In this document: piece after piece, positions 17,490-27,533 of the stretch
How positions within the stretch are numbered: the stretch's first letter is position 1
Layout: each line of letters opens with the position of its first letter
Origin: Candidatus Latescibacterota bacterium
Lineage (GTDB): Bacteria > Latescibacterota > UBA2968
Direction of reading: 5' to 3'
Assembly (NCBI GenBank): GCA_965208125.1
Contig: OZ242320.1
Span: forward strand, 3,584,001-3,648,000
Length of the DNA stretch: 64,000 bases
Position numbers and translations under genes: made by a program
The notes under the pieces: generated by a model
Databases searched by the model: none
The model's input: the letters and a program-made list of their open reading frames with translations, nothing else
Told to the model about the DNA's origin: nothing

Positions 17490-20063
17490 CTAACGTTTAT
17501 CCAGTGCCTGTTCAATCATGTGGAGGATATAGCCGGTGTGAGCTTCGGTGCTTGCATCGGTTGTTTTTTTCATTTTGAGCATGTTTTGAATGGTTTTGAG
17601 GTTGTGTAGTGCGATGGCGCGAGATGCATAGATCCGCTTGCTTTCGGGATCGATGATGTTGATGAGTCGATTGACGTATTCAGCCTGCAAATTCTGGCGG
17701 AAAGAATTGACAGTGCCTTCGGCGTCTGCGGCAAAGACGGCATCGGTCAAGTCGGCCATCATATCGGACAGTGCGTATTCGTTGCCATAGAGCGCGGTGT
17801 CGAGCAGGCGAGCCTGTACTGTGGGGTGTAAGAGATGGCTGAAGACGCGTTGTTGAATGCCGATTACGCGGTCGTGGATTTTTGGGTCTTCTGGGGCGCG
17901 GGAGAAGCCGAATCCACGTCTTTGTTCCTGCAAATGGTTATAGAGCCCGGGCGGCATATCAAATGCATTGGGCGATAGGACGTATTTGGCAAGTGCGTCT
18001 ATCGCGCGTTTCTGGTCGGCGAGAGCAACCGGTGTGAATGGTCGGGTTGCGCCGGGTTGGGCGATAACTGCGCGATCGACGTAAATGCCACCGATATAAC
18101 GGGAGAGAACGGTTGCGGCATTGCGATGCTGCGCCGTGAGAATGAGGTAGGCCGTTTTCAGTTCGTGATAGGTGTTGCCCGGGGTGTTGTATTTTGCGAG
18201 GATTTTGTTTTTGACGTCGTTTACCAGTTCAATCCGACCTGTGGCGTAGGCAATGGCATCGCTGCTGAGGTCATAGACCATCACGCGCGGGTCAATGCCG
18301 CTATTTGACGAGCGCATGTCGTCGGCGTCATTGCCAAACATGAGTTCGGGCTCTGTAGAGCGTGCGAGAATTTTTTCGAGGCGTTTTTGTTCGTCTTTGA
18401 CATTGTCCCGTCCTGGTGAATACCCAAATTCAATGGCCCAAATGTCATAGGGACCAGGGCGTGTGGTGTAGTAATGCCCCTGTTTTTGCCCGGGCAATGC
18501 GAGGTTGACGCCTGGATAGTCCATGACCGAACCCGTGAGGCCCATTTTGCCGGTTCGATTTTTGTCGTGGAGTTGTGCTGGGGTGTGCAGTTGACTGGAT
18601 TTCATGTTGTGGTTGAGACCGAGCGTGTGGCCGATTTCGTGGAGGATAAGAAAGTAGATGCTTTCTTTGAGTAGCGCGTCAACTTCAATTTTGGACGCGC
18701 CAGAAACGCGCAGGGCCTGGGTGCCAAAGAGGTTGGATATGTGTAACTCGTGCCCCAGGGAACAGTATTGCGGCCTGTCTGGGTCGGCATTGGGTATCGC
18801 GTTGTCAAAGAGCTTGTCATAGCGCAGGCTGCTCGTGAGAAATGCAAATTCGAGCATGATGTCAGCACCCAATATTTGCCCGGTTCGCGGGTTGACAAAG
18901 CTGGGCCCATATCCGCCAAATGGCGGATTGGGCGATGAGGTCCAGCGCAGGACATTGTATCGGATATCGCCGGCTTCCCAATCGGCATCATCGGGTTGTT
19001 CTTTGACATGTACGGCATTTTTGAAGCCAGCGGCTTCAAAGGCGATATTCCAGGCGAGAGCCGCTTTTTTGATGGTTGAACGCAATTCTTTCGGGGTGGT
19101 GTTTTCGATCCAATAGGTGATTGGCACGATTGGTTCAGAGCGTTTGGCTTTGGGATCCCTTTTTTTGAGGTGCCAGCGGTGAATCAAATCGCGATAAGGC
19201 GTCGCGCTCCTGGAGGTCAGGTCGGTCACTTGTGTGCTGAAGTAGCCGACGCGCGGGTCGTCAAATCGCGGTTGATAATCGTTTTTCGGCATTTCGATCA
19301 GGGTGTGTTGCAGGGTAATTGTCACATTGCGGGCATCGGTTATGCCGTCGCCACCGCCTTTGGGATTGGGATTTTCATAGGTGTAGGCGATGATGAAATC
19401 CGTGTTTTTGGGATAATTTTTGATGGATAGACATTTGGTTTTGGTTTTGCTGAGTCTGCCCAGTGAAAAGTTTTTGCGGTTCTGCGTTCGGTTGACGCGA
19501 TGGAGTGCTTCTGTGAGGAAAATAGCGTCGGCTTTGATGAGGATGTTGCCCGTGGAGTCATTGCGCGCCGCGATTTTTTCCGATACGAGAATAGAAGGGC
19601 TGATGTTGGCTTTGGCTGCGCGACTCAAGGCGTTTTTGGGATCGAAATAGTACGCGGTGTTTTCAGAGATGATTTCGATTTTGTCAAAGTGCTTCTGAAT
19701 AGAGAGCACGCGGCTACCGCGATAGTTGCCCCTGTATGTTCCCGCTGATACGGGTGCATTAACGGTGTGGGTGAAGTAGATGTATTCTTTGCCGATTTGA
19801 GATTCGCGGATTTGCAATTGCAACGCACCTGTGGTCGTGTCTTCATAAACGGTGAAGAGACCGGGATACTTGCGACTGGATTTGGTGAGGTCGGCTATGG
19901 TTTTCTTCGGTGTGTCCTTTTTTTGAGTTTCCCTTTTTTGAGTTTTTGCGGGATCTCGTTTGGCGACCTTTGTCGAATCCGCAGGTTGTTTTTCCTGCGC
20001 TTGAACGGAAAATGCGATTCCAAAGACGAGTGCGATTAATAGACGTTGAGCATTCACGGTCAT
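17490..20063 (-). CDS. Secreted zinc-dependent metalloprotease (EcxA/DUF5117-DUF4953 type)
   Basis: Signal peptide, D.RVGYF, P.TG.IL.ADI, HEIGHTLGLNHN zinc motif, SVMDY, GPYD.WAI.FGY; SD AGGAG before ATG 20063. Confidence 0.88.
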   Translation of the reverse strand: MTVNAQRLLIALVFGIAFSVQAQEKQPADSTKVAKRDPAKTQKRETQKKDTPKKTIADLTKSSRKYPGLFTVYEDTTTGALQLQIRESQIGKEYIYFTHTVNAPVSAGTYRGNYRGSRVLSIQKHFDKIEIISENTAYYFDPKNALSRAAKANISPSILVSEKIAARNDSTGNILIKADAIFLTEALHRVNRTQNRKNFSLGRLSKTKTKCLSIKNYPKNTDFIIAYTYENPNPKGGGDGITDARNVTITLQHTLIEMPKNDYQPRFDDPRVGYFSTQVTDLTSRSATPYRDLIHRWHLKKRDPKAKRSEPIVPITYWIENTTPKELRSTIKKAALAWNIAFEAAGFKNAVHVKEQPDDADWEAGDIRYNVLRWTSSPNPPFGGYGPSFVNPRTGQILGADIMLEFAFLTSSLRYDKLFDNAIPNADPDRPQYCSLGHELHISNLFGTQALRVSGASKIEVDALLKESIYFLILHEIGHTLGLNHNMKSSQLHTPAQLHDKNRTGKMGLTGSVMDYPGVNLALPGQKQGHYYTTRPGPYDIWAIEFGYSPGRDNVKDEQKRLEKILARSTEPELMFGNDADDMRSSNSGIDPRVMVYDLSSDAIAYATGRIELVNDVKNKILAKYNTPGNTYHELKTAYLILTAQHRNAATVLSRYIGGIYVDRAVIAQPGATRPFTPVALADQKRAIDALAKYVLSPNAFDMPPGLYNHLQEQRRGFGFSRAPEDPKIHDRVIGIQQRVFSHLLHPTVQARLLDTALYGNEYALSDMMADLTDAVFAADAEGTVNSFRQNLQAEYVNRLINIIDPESKRIYASRAIALHNLKTIQNMLKMKKTTDASTEAHTGYILHMIEQALDKR

Positions 20064-20071
20064 ATCTCCTA

Positions 20072-21536
20072 AAAAATGTCGCAGGAGACCCCCGGCTTTA
20101 GACGGGGGAGGAATGCGACGTGAGTGAATGTTATGTTGCATGTAGATGTTGACATCCACATCATTTGTAAGTATATTAGAATATGATTAAATTAATAAAA
20201 ACAATAGGTTGTGTCTATAAATCCGCATTACAGAGGGTTAGTTTTAGATGCCATACCTGACAATAAAAGCCCATCTTCGTGGCGCACCTGAACGCTTTGC
20301 CATTCTTCGTGATGCGATGTTGTCTGCGACCAAAGTCTATAATGGCTTGATCTTTCATCTGCGTCAAGAATACGAGCAACAGGGAAAAGCCTGTTATGCG
20401 GCCAGCTATCTCAACCGTATCGCCCGTGGGTTGCCACGCCACAAGGAATTGTATTCCGATGTGGTAGATACCACGCGGCAGGCGGTGGGATGGGCTTTTG
20501 GGTCGTTCTTTCAAAAGCACAAGTGCGACAAGAAGGCACGACCTCCAGGATTCAGGAAGAAGACGCGACTCTCTCCGCTGCGCTATTCCCATCCCAACAA
20601 TGGCTCCATCAAGGTAATCCACAAGCGCGGAATGACATATCTTCGCATCTCGCTTGGCACCACCCGCAAGGACGGTGTGCGCCATCTCGTCTTTCGTCTC
20701 CACACCCGCCCAAATGTTGTCCTTTCCCAGTTGAAGAACGTCCAGATCATCTACGATACGCACACACGGGATTTCCAAGCCCGTCTGGTGGTCGAAGTGG
20801 ATGTTGTTCAAAAGCCGGGAGAGGCCACCGTTGGTGTAGATATAGGCGAAGACTGGCTCATTGCCGCAGATTTCTGTGATGGCTCCCAGTATCTGATCTG
20901 TGGACGTGAACTTAAGGCCACACGCCGATATTGGCAGAAGGTCAGAGCAAAGGTCAAGCCGCCCAGCCAGGACCACCCCAAGATGTCGAGACGCTATCGC
21001 CAGATCGCCCGAAAAGAAGCCCGCCAGATCACGCATGCCCTCCATATCGCCAGCAGACGGTTTGTGGATGTGTGTGCCGATAAGGGTGTAGGACTTATTA
21101 TTTTGGGAGACCTCACCGGCATTCGATCTGGCATCGCCTATGGCAAAAGGATGAATCAACGCCTGCACGCTTGGCCATACGCCAAGCTCAGGGCGATGAT
21201 TGAATACAAGGCTGCACTGTGTGGCATAAAGGTCAAAGTCGTCTCGGAAAAATATACCTCGCAGACTTGTCCGCAATGTAATATAAGAAAGAAATCCAAT
21301 CGCAAGCATCGTGGTTGGTACTCCTGCCTATGTGGCTTTGAAGGTCAAGCGGACCTTGTGGGTGCGTTCAATATCCACCGGCAAGTATCTGGGGTTCCCA
21401 GTAGTGGGCGTTCGGCGCGCCCTGTGGTCTTGGTGTTTGATCACCATACGGTCCACGAAGCTGCAAGTTCTCGGGAGGCCGCCTGATAAAGGGTGACCCC
21501 CGGAATCCCTTGACTGAAGTCAAGGGAGCACGTCGA
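20072..21536 (+). mobile_element. IS200/IS605-family element, tnpB-only (IS1341-like, non-autonomous)
   Basis: Left hairpin CCCCCGGCTTTAGACGGGGG; right-end hairpin TCCCTTGACTGAAGTCAAGGGA followed by GCACGTC; internal promoter TTGACA-N17-TATATT (20149-20177); no tnpA; ends approximate. Confidence 0.8.
20248..21486 (+). CDS. tnpB: RNA-guided endonuclease TnpB
   Basis: PPGF.K, RuvC-I GVDIG, YKA...GI, YTSQTCPQC...CLCG zinc ribbon, RuvC-III ADLVGAFNI. Confidence 0.92.
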   Translation: MPYLTIKAHLRGAPERFAILRDAMLSATKVYNGLIFHLRQEYEQQGKACYAASYLNRIARGLPRHKELYSDVVDTTRQAVGWAFGSFFQKHKCDKKARPPGFRKKTRLSPLRYSHPNNGSIKVIHKRGMTYLRISLGTTRKDGVRHLVFRLHTRPNVVLSQLKNVQIIYDTHTRDFQARLVVEVDVVQKPGEATVGVDIGEDWLIAADFCDGSQYLICGRELKATRRYWQKVRAKVKPPSQDHPKMSRRYRQIARKEARQITHALHIASRRFVDVCADKGVGLIILGDLTGIRSGIAYGKRMNQRLHAWPYAKLRAMIEYKAALCGIKVKVVSEKYTSQTCPQCNIRKKSNRKHRGWYSCLCGFEGQADLVGAFNIHRQVSGVPSSGRSARPVVLVFDHHTVHEAASSREAA

Positions 21537-21751
21537 TTAGGTTCTGTTCATTTTTTTAATGAGATCAGCTTAATTTCTTCGCGGTGTTGGCATTTATCAC
21601 GGGCAAGTCTCTGATGGACAGAAGTTTAGAATATTTCGCTTGAATTGATAGCGCATTTGTACACCTTTGTAAGACGCCGGGCGTTTTTTAAACAAAATTC
21701 GGCAGATTTTCCCCCTTGCTTGCCAAATATTTGGCATGTAGATATGAGATC

Positions 21752-23422
21752 CTAATCTGCCCACTCTTGTACCGCCCACTTGAGCAATTTTTCCTCCCGT
21801 TTTTGAACTTCTGCCTTCCCCCATTTGCCAGAACACTGCTTTGCAACATCCTGGGCAATCAAAAGTCCCGTTTTAGTATATTCACTGGCTTTATCCTTTG
21901 GACGTTTGTTTCCCAACTGGGAGTTTAGTTTAGGGGGTAGCATCATCAGATTACCTAGCCTATGGACATAGGAATATTCAGTGCTTTTGGGTTGGATATG
22001 TTCAATGGAGTCAGTAGCGCTAGATTCCCAAATACGATTCCATTGTTCGTTATCGAATTTCTGTCCGGCTTCCTTCGCCAAGTGTTCTTCATACCGAAAA
22101 AAAATGTAGCGCAATTCTTCTGTTCGGTCTGGGTACAAGTCTGTCTCTCGAAGTTCCTCAACAGCCTTATCGCATGGATACCTTTTCCCAATCTTCGCTA
22201 GGTTATCCATAATTCCATCCCTGGACAGTTTTTCTTTTATAATTCGCCGTGCAAGCCTCACATAGTCTCCCACTGCTGTCCTGGAATCCTTTGCATACAT
22301 GCCATAAATGCGAAACGTCACGTTCTCCCAACGACGAAGTATCTGCGCCTTTTCACTTTTTGTCAGGTCATAACGAAGATTCACTGCGACAGCAGCCAAC
22401 CTTGCCTGTACAATTTTCGTAACTGCATTTCTCCGGCGGTCTACTACTAACGTATCTAATGCCTCAGTCACGGACTTTATCCATTTCGTAGTCTCAATTA
22501 CACTAATCGGGTTCTGGGACTGTTCGAATAGAAGTTGGACAGCATCTTCCTCACTCATCGGACGGCTCTGAGGATGGTCACTGCGTAAAGTGGCAGCGAA
22601 GCGAAGCGATTCAGTACTCAGCCCCAAGCGCAATCCTATGATCCTGTATATTTCAGCCCAAAGACCATGGACTTCTTCAATTAAAGCTTGACTTTTATCG
22701 GTCTTTGCTTCAAATACAACGGCCATTAACATACTCTTGAGTCGATCAAACCAAGAAACTTCTAAACCTCTGCTGTTAAGTACTTCGAAAACGGTGTATA
22801 CGAGTCCTTCATCGCCAATTGCATAAAAAATGAAGAACAGTTGGTTTTTGAGATGTCCATAGAGTTTTGTGAGAGAATCAACCTTGGCTTGCCAGTCTAT
22901 CACAAAATCCTCACATTCTTTCATAGCCAAGAGAAGTTGGTAGTCAGCTAATGTATCTGCCGAATTAGGGTCCGGAGAAGTTCCGTTTCTAATGTAGTCA
23001 GCAAAGTATCCCTTTCTATCATGATTGGTTTGTAGAAGCAAAAGTGACGCTTCGTCCGGCTTTACCAGAATTTCGTCAATCTCATGGCCAATTCTTTTTT
23101 CAATCGTATCGGAACGGTTTAGCGCCTTTGCAATAGCCTTAAAAAGCAATACCAATGTTGTGATTCTCTGCTGTCCATCTACAATATCAACCTCTTGATA
23201 TTCGTCGGTAATAATGTGTACCTTTTCTTGACGTAGCCCCACGATGGTAGCCATGAAATGATCTTTAGCTGTTTCTGCCAAATAGCTTTTTTTTATATCA
23301 TCGAACAAGTTTTCTCGCTGTTTTGACTGCCAACTGTAGGACCTCTGATACGGCGGTATTTTGAATAGGCGTTTGTTGAGTAGTTCTGCAAGGCTAAAAA
23401 GCTTAGGTTCCATCATGTTCAT
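21752..23422 (-). CDS. GmrSD-type restriction endonuclease (DUF262 + DUF1524 HNH)
   Basis: IPPYQRSYSW, DGQQR, FEVLNSRG (DUF262); SIEHIQP...RLGNL.ML...N (DUF1524). Confidence 0.88.
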   Translation of the reverse strand: MNMMEPKLFSLAELLNKRLFKIPPYQRSYSWQSKQRENLFDDIKKSYLAETAKDHFMATIVGLRQEKVHIITDEYQEVDIVDGQQRITTLVLLFKAIAKALNRSDTIEKRIGHEIDEILVKPDEASLLLLQTNHDRKGYFADYIRNGTSPDPNSADTLADYQLLLAMKECEDFVIDWQAKVDSLTKLYGHLKNQLFFIFYAIGDEGLVYTVFEVLNSRGLEVSWFDRLKSMLMAVVFEAKTDKSQALIEEVHGLWAEIYRIIGLRLGLSTESLRFAATLRSDHPQSRPMSEEDAVQLLFEQSQNPISVIETTKWIKSVTEALDTLVVDRRRNAVTKIVQARLAAVAVNLRYDLTKSEKAQILRRWENVTFRIYGMYAKDSRTAVGDYVRLARRIIKEKLSRDGIMDNLAKIGKRYPCDKAVEELRETDLYPDRTEELRYIFFRYEEHLAKEAGQKFDNEQWNRIWESSATDSIEHIQPKSTEYSYVHRLGNLMMLPPKLNSQLGNKRPKDKASEYTKTGLLIAQDVAKQCSGKWGKAEVQKREEKLLKWAVQEWAD

Positions 23423-23616
23423 GCTAAAATCCTTTCTGTCTGTCTTATGTTGGTTAATGTATCTTCGGTGTTTGAACTTACTTAATTATCTCAAAATTTT
23501 CAAGTGTGTATTGTATATCGACTATATGAGCTATCAATTGACTTTATGTTTTTTTTTCTTATCTTTTGCGTTCCATTTTTTGAAGGGTTTAGACCTATTT
23601 AGCGCGAGGTTTGAAA

Positions 23617-23811
23617 ATGGCAGAGGCGGGAAGCGCGTGGTTGACGCCTAAGGAGATCGCGGATCGGTTGAGTAGTCGAAAGGCGAGAGAAGTACAGGAA
23701 GATTTGCTCTATGGGCGCCGAACACGGCGTGAGATATTGGATCTGGTGATGGAAGCTGTGGGTTGCAATGAATATTCGGCGGAAGACTTTTTGCGTGAAA
23801 TTGTAAAATAA
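23617..23811 (+). CDS. Small hypothetical protein (64 aa, helical)
   Basis: GAGG SD before ATG 23617; compact charged/amphipathic sequence. Confidence 0.6.
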   Translation: MAEAGSAWLTPKEIADRLSSRKAREVQEDLLYGRRTRREILDLVMEAVGCNEYSAEDFLREIVK

Positions 23812-23976
23812 AAAAAGCAATCAGCGATTAGCTGTCAGCGATCAGCCCACCCATCTCCTCCGAAGTCAAAATCGCCGTTTGTTTTGCTGGCTGCTGAAAG
23901 CTGACCGCTATTTATGTTTGCCGCGTATGGGATTTCCAATACGCGGCTCGATATTTTTTGACCTGTAGGGTACGCC

Positions 23977-25665
23977 ATGTCTGAAGTTTCTAAGTCTGAT
24001 TATCTGGTCATTGGCAGTGGTATTGCGGGCCTCTCATTTGCGCTTAAAGCAGCAGAGACCGGGTCTGTCACCCTGATTACGAAAAAAGAGTTTCAGGAAT
24101 CCAATACCAATTACGCACAGGGCGGTATTGCTTCTGTTTTACATCCCGACGATTCGTTTGCGCTTCACAGGGAAGATACCATTCAGGCTGGCGCGGGTTT
24201 GTGCCGCGAAGATGTGGTGGATCTGGTGGTGAGAGCAGGTCCCGATATGGTTAAGGCGCTCATAGCCTGGGGAGCTGAGTTTACGCGAGCGAGTGAGGGG
24301 GGTACAAATGGTGATTTGCAACTGCCATTATATTCCAATTCAGAAGTCCAAAATCTCGCGCTCGGGCGCGAGGGGGGGCATTCAAAGAATCGCATTGTGT
24401 ATGCCGCTGATCTGACCGGGCGAGAGATTGAGCGGGCATTGACCGAAGCAGCGGCAAGACATCCCAATATCGCGTTGTACGAGCACCACATGGCGATTGA
24501 TTTGATCACGGAACACCATGTGTATGGTTCGAAAATTTCAACGCCGGGGAAGATTCAGTGTTGGGGTGTTTACGCATTGGATGTCGTACACGGACAGGTG
24601 AAGACTTTTTTGGCAAAATTTACGCTGTTGTGTAGTGGTGGATGTGGTCAGATTTATTTGCATTCGACCAATCCGGCTATTGCAACGGGCGATGGTATTG
24701 CCATGGCGTATCGCGCGGGCGCAAGTGTGGGCAATTTGGAGTTTATGCAGTTTCATCCCACGACGCTTTATCACCGGGATGCCGATTCATTTTTGATTTC
24801 CGAAGCGGTGCGCGGGCATGGTGGCATTCTGGTGGATCGGGCGGGGCGGGCGTTTATGGCTGATTATCACGAGATGGGGCCGCTTGCGCCTCGGGATGTG
24901 GTCGCGCGGGCGATTGATAGCGAGTTGAAAAAGAGCGGTGATCCCTGTGTGTTTCTCGATATCACGCATTGTCCAGGCGCAGAGCTTCAGGAGAGGTTTC
25001 CCACGATTTATGAGCGGTGCTTGCATTTTGGTATTGATATAACACAGGAGCCCATTCCGGTTGTGCCCGCGGCGCACTATATGTGCGGTGGGGTGTTCAC
25101 AGATACGCAGGGGCGCACGGATATCGAAAGGCTTTACGCTTCGGGTGAGGTCGCTTGTACAGGGCTACACGGCGCGAATCGCCTGGCGAGCAATTCGCTG
25201 TTGGAGGCTCTGGTTTTTTCCGATCGCGCGTTTTCCGATATCCGACAGCACATCGATGCGCGGCTCGATTTTCCCGATGTGCCGGCATGGCAAGACGATG
25301 ATGTGTTTAATACAGAAGAATGGGTGTTGCTATCACACGACCGGCAAGAAGTACAGCGTTTGATGTGGGATTATGTGGGGATTGTGCGGTCGGATTTTCG
25401 ATTGAAGCGCGCGGCCCGTCGCATTGGCGTGATTGTGCAGGAGGTCGAAGAATTTTATAAGCGCACACAAGTTACCGAGGCATTGCTGGAGTTGCGCAAT
25501 ATGACGACTGTTGCCGCGCTGACTGTACGGTGTGCATTGTCCCGGCGCGAAAGCCGGGGGTTGCATTATACGCTCGATTGTCCTGCGTCGTTCAAGTCTG
25601 CAAACGATACGGTAGTGTCTGCCTGGGAGACGTGGGGCGCGGGGTTGCCGGTTATTGAAGTGTGA
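23977..25665 (+). CDS. nadB: L-aspartate oxidase
   Basis: GSGIAG, YAQGGIA, EGGHS..RI, QFHPT, LISEAVRG, AAHYMCGG, GLHGANRLASNSLLE, ESRGLHY. Confidence 0.95.
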   Translation: MSEVSKSDYLVIGSGIAGLSFALKAAETGSVTLITKKEFQESNTNYAQGGIASVLHPDDSFALHREDTIQAGAGLCREDVVDLVVRAGPDMVKALIAWGAEFTRASEGGTNGDLQLPLYSNSEVQNLALGREGGHSKNRIVYAADLTGREIERALTEAAARHPNIALYEHHMAIDLITEHHVYGSKISTPGKIQCWGVYALDVVHGQVKTFLAKFTLLCSGGCGQIYLHSTNPAIATGDGIAMAYRAGASVGNLEFMQFHPTTLYHRDADSFLISEAVRGHGGILVDRAGRAFMADYHEMGPLAPRDVVARAIDSELKKSGDPCVFLDITHCPGAELQERFPTIYERCLHFGIDITQEPIPVVPAAHYMCGGVFTDTQGRTDIERLYASGEVACTGLHGANRLASNSLLEALVFSDRAFSDIRQHIDARLDFPDVPAWQDDDVFNTEEWVLLSHDRQEVQRLMWDYVGIVRSDFRLKRAARRIGVIVQEVEEFYKRTQVTEALLELRNMTTVAALTVRCALSRRESRGLHYTLDCPASFKSANDTVVSAWETWGAGLPVIEV

Positions 25666-25676
25666 AGGGAGTTTTT

Positions 25677-27491
25677 ATGCGCAACGGCATTGCCGTGATT
25701 GATTTTGGCGGGCAATATGCCCATTTGATTGCCAATCGGATTCGCAGGTTGCGGGTTTATTCCGAAATTTTTCCGCCGGATGTTGATCCTGCGGCATTGC
25801 AGGGCGTGTCGGGCATGGTTTTTTCGGGTGGTCCGTCCAGTGTATATGATCCCGATCCGCCTGCATTTAACCCCAGATTGTTGGATGCGGATTTGCCTGT
25901 GCTCGGGCTGTGTTATGGACATCAGTTGTTGTGCATGCATTTGGGGGGTGAGGTTGTTGCTGGTGAGGTGCGAGAATACGGTTCTGCCAGGTTGAATATT
26001 GCAGGTGGGTCGGATTTGTTTGCCGGGCTTGGCGATTCCCAGGTGGTGTGGATGAGCCACGGCGATGTGGTCGCAACGCTGCCAGAGGGTTTTGAAATTT
26101 TGGGGGCGACAGTGGATTGTCCTTCGGCTGCGGTGGGCGATGTCAAACGCAGAATTTATGGCTTGCAATTTCATCCCGAGGTGGCACACACGCCGCGCGG
26201 ATTGGATATTATCGATAATTTTCTGACGATATGCGATGCGCCTCGAACCTGGACTATGGGCAATTATGCCGAGGTGGTTATGGAGGAGATGCGGGAGAAG
26301 GTGGGGGATCGCAATGTGTTTTTGCTGGTGTCGGGTGGGGTCGATTCTTCGGTGGCTTTTGTGCTGTTTAATAGGGCGCTGGGGGCAGACCGGGTGTTGG
26401 GATTGCATATTGACAATGGTTTTATGCGAAAGGGCGAGACGGCTGCGGTGGAGGTTTTTTTGAAAAAGGAGGGGTTTGACAATTTGATTGTCGAGGATGC
26501 CAGTGACGATTTTTTGTTGGGTGTGGAGGGTCTGGTCGATCCAGAAGCAAAGCGCGAGGCGATTGGACAAACATTTCTACAGGTGAAGGACGAGGTGATG
26601 GCGCACTTGCATCTGGATGCAGATCAATGGGTTTTGGGGCAGGGGACGCTTTATCCCGATACCATAGAATCGGGAGGGACAGAGCACGCGGCGTTGATTA
26701 AGACGCACCACAATCGCATTGATTTGATCGATGAGTTGATTGCCCAGGGCAAGGTTGTCGAGCCTTTGGCACAGTTGTACAAGGATGAGGTGCGCGAGTT
26801 GGGGAGCGAGTTGGGGTTGCCCGATCATCTGGTGTGGCGACATCCGTTTCCCGGTCCCGGTCTGGCTGTGCGCTGTTTGTGCTCAGATGGTGCGGTGGAT
26901 GGGGTTGATATTGCAGCATCAGAGAGGGCTGCTGCTGAGATCGCCTCTGAGGCGGGTTTGCAATTGCAGGTTTTGCCCGTTAAGAGTGTGGGGGTTCAGG
27001 GCGATTTTCGCACGTATTCGCATCCTGCAATTGTTTCGGGTTTCACAGCCGAGCGCAATGGCGATTGGCGCGTGCTCGAAGATATGTCAACGCGGATTAC
27101 CAATAGCGTGTCGGGTATTAATCGCGTGGTTTGTCTTGTTGCGCCAGATATGTTGCCCGGGTTGCGTCTCAAACGCGCTTTTTTGACCTATCAGAGGCTC
27201 GATGTTTTGCGGGAGGCAGATGCTATTGCCATGCGCGTGCTCGACCGCGCGGGTCTTATGTCCTCTGTGTCTCAGATGCCGACTGTTCTGGTGCCGTTGA
27301 CGACAGATGGACAAGATGAGATTGTGATTTTGCGTCCGATTACGACCCCGGATTTTATGACTGCGCGATTTGCCGAATTGCCCCACAATCTGGTGCGCGA
27401 TATAGCGGGCGAGATACTGGATCTGCCCGGTGTCGCTGCCGTGGGGTACGACATAACCCACAAACCGCCAGGGACTGTGGAATGGGAATGA
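25677..27491 (+). CDS. guaA: GMP synthase (glutamine-hydrolysing), long form
   Basis: DFGGQY, SGGP, G.CYG.Q, QFHPE, SGGVDS, IKTHHN, HPFPGPGL, KPPGTVEWE. Confidence 0.95.
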   Translation: MRNGIAVIDFGGQYAHLIANRIRRLRVYSEIFPPDVDPAALQGVSGMVFSGGPSSVYDPDPPAFNPRLLDADLPVLGLCYGHQLLCMHLGGEVVAGEVREYGSARLNIAGGSDLFAGLGDSQVVWMSHGDVVATLPEGFEILGATVDCPSAAVGDVKRRIYGLQFHPEVAHTPRGLDIIDNFLTICDAPRTWTMGNYAEVVMEEMREKVGDRNVFLLVSGGVDSSVAFVLFNRALGADRVLGLHIDNGFMRKGETAAVEVFLKKEGFDNLIVEDASDDFLLGVEGLVDPEAKREAIGQTFLQVKDEVMAHLHLDADQWVLGQGTLYPDTIESGGTEHAALIKTHHNRIDLIDELIAQGKVVEPLAQLYKDEVRELGSELGLPDHLVWRHPFPGPGLAVRCLCSDGAVDGVDIAASERAAAEIASEAGLQLQVLPVKSVGVQGDFRTYSHPAIVSGFTAERNGDWRVLEDMSTRITNSVSGINRVVCLVAPDMLPGLRLKRAFLTYQRLDVLREADAIAMRVLDRAGLMSSVSQMPTVLVPLTTDGQDEIVILRPITTPDFMTARFAELPHNLVRDIAGEILDLPGVAAVGYDITHKPPGTVEWE

Positions 27492-27533
27492 GGGTGATCT
27501 GAGCAAACACCTGCCATCTCAACAGAGGTTACA

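Noticed and set aside
20215-21309. 364-aa ORF antisense to tnpB
   Set aside because: Shadow ORF of tnpB with no motifs
22937-22948. 12-nt complement (TTGGTAGTCAGC) of part of the 86-bp repeat inside the GmrSD gene
   Set aside because: A 12-mer match to an 86-nt query in 64 kb is within chance expectation
25566-26570. 334-aa ORF antisense to guaA
   Set aside because: Typical antisense shadow of a conserved gene
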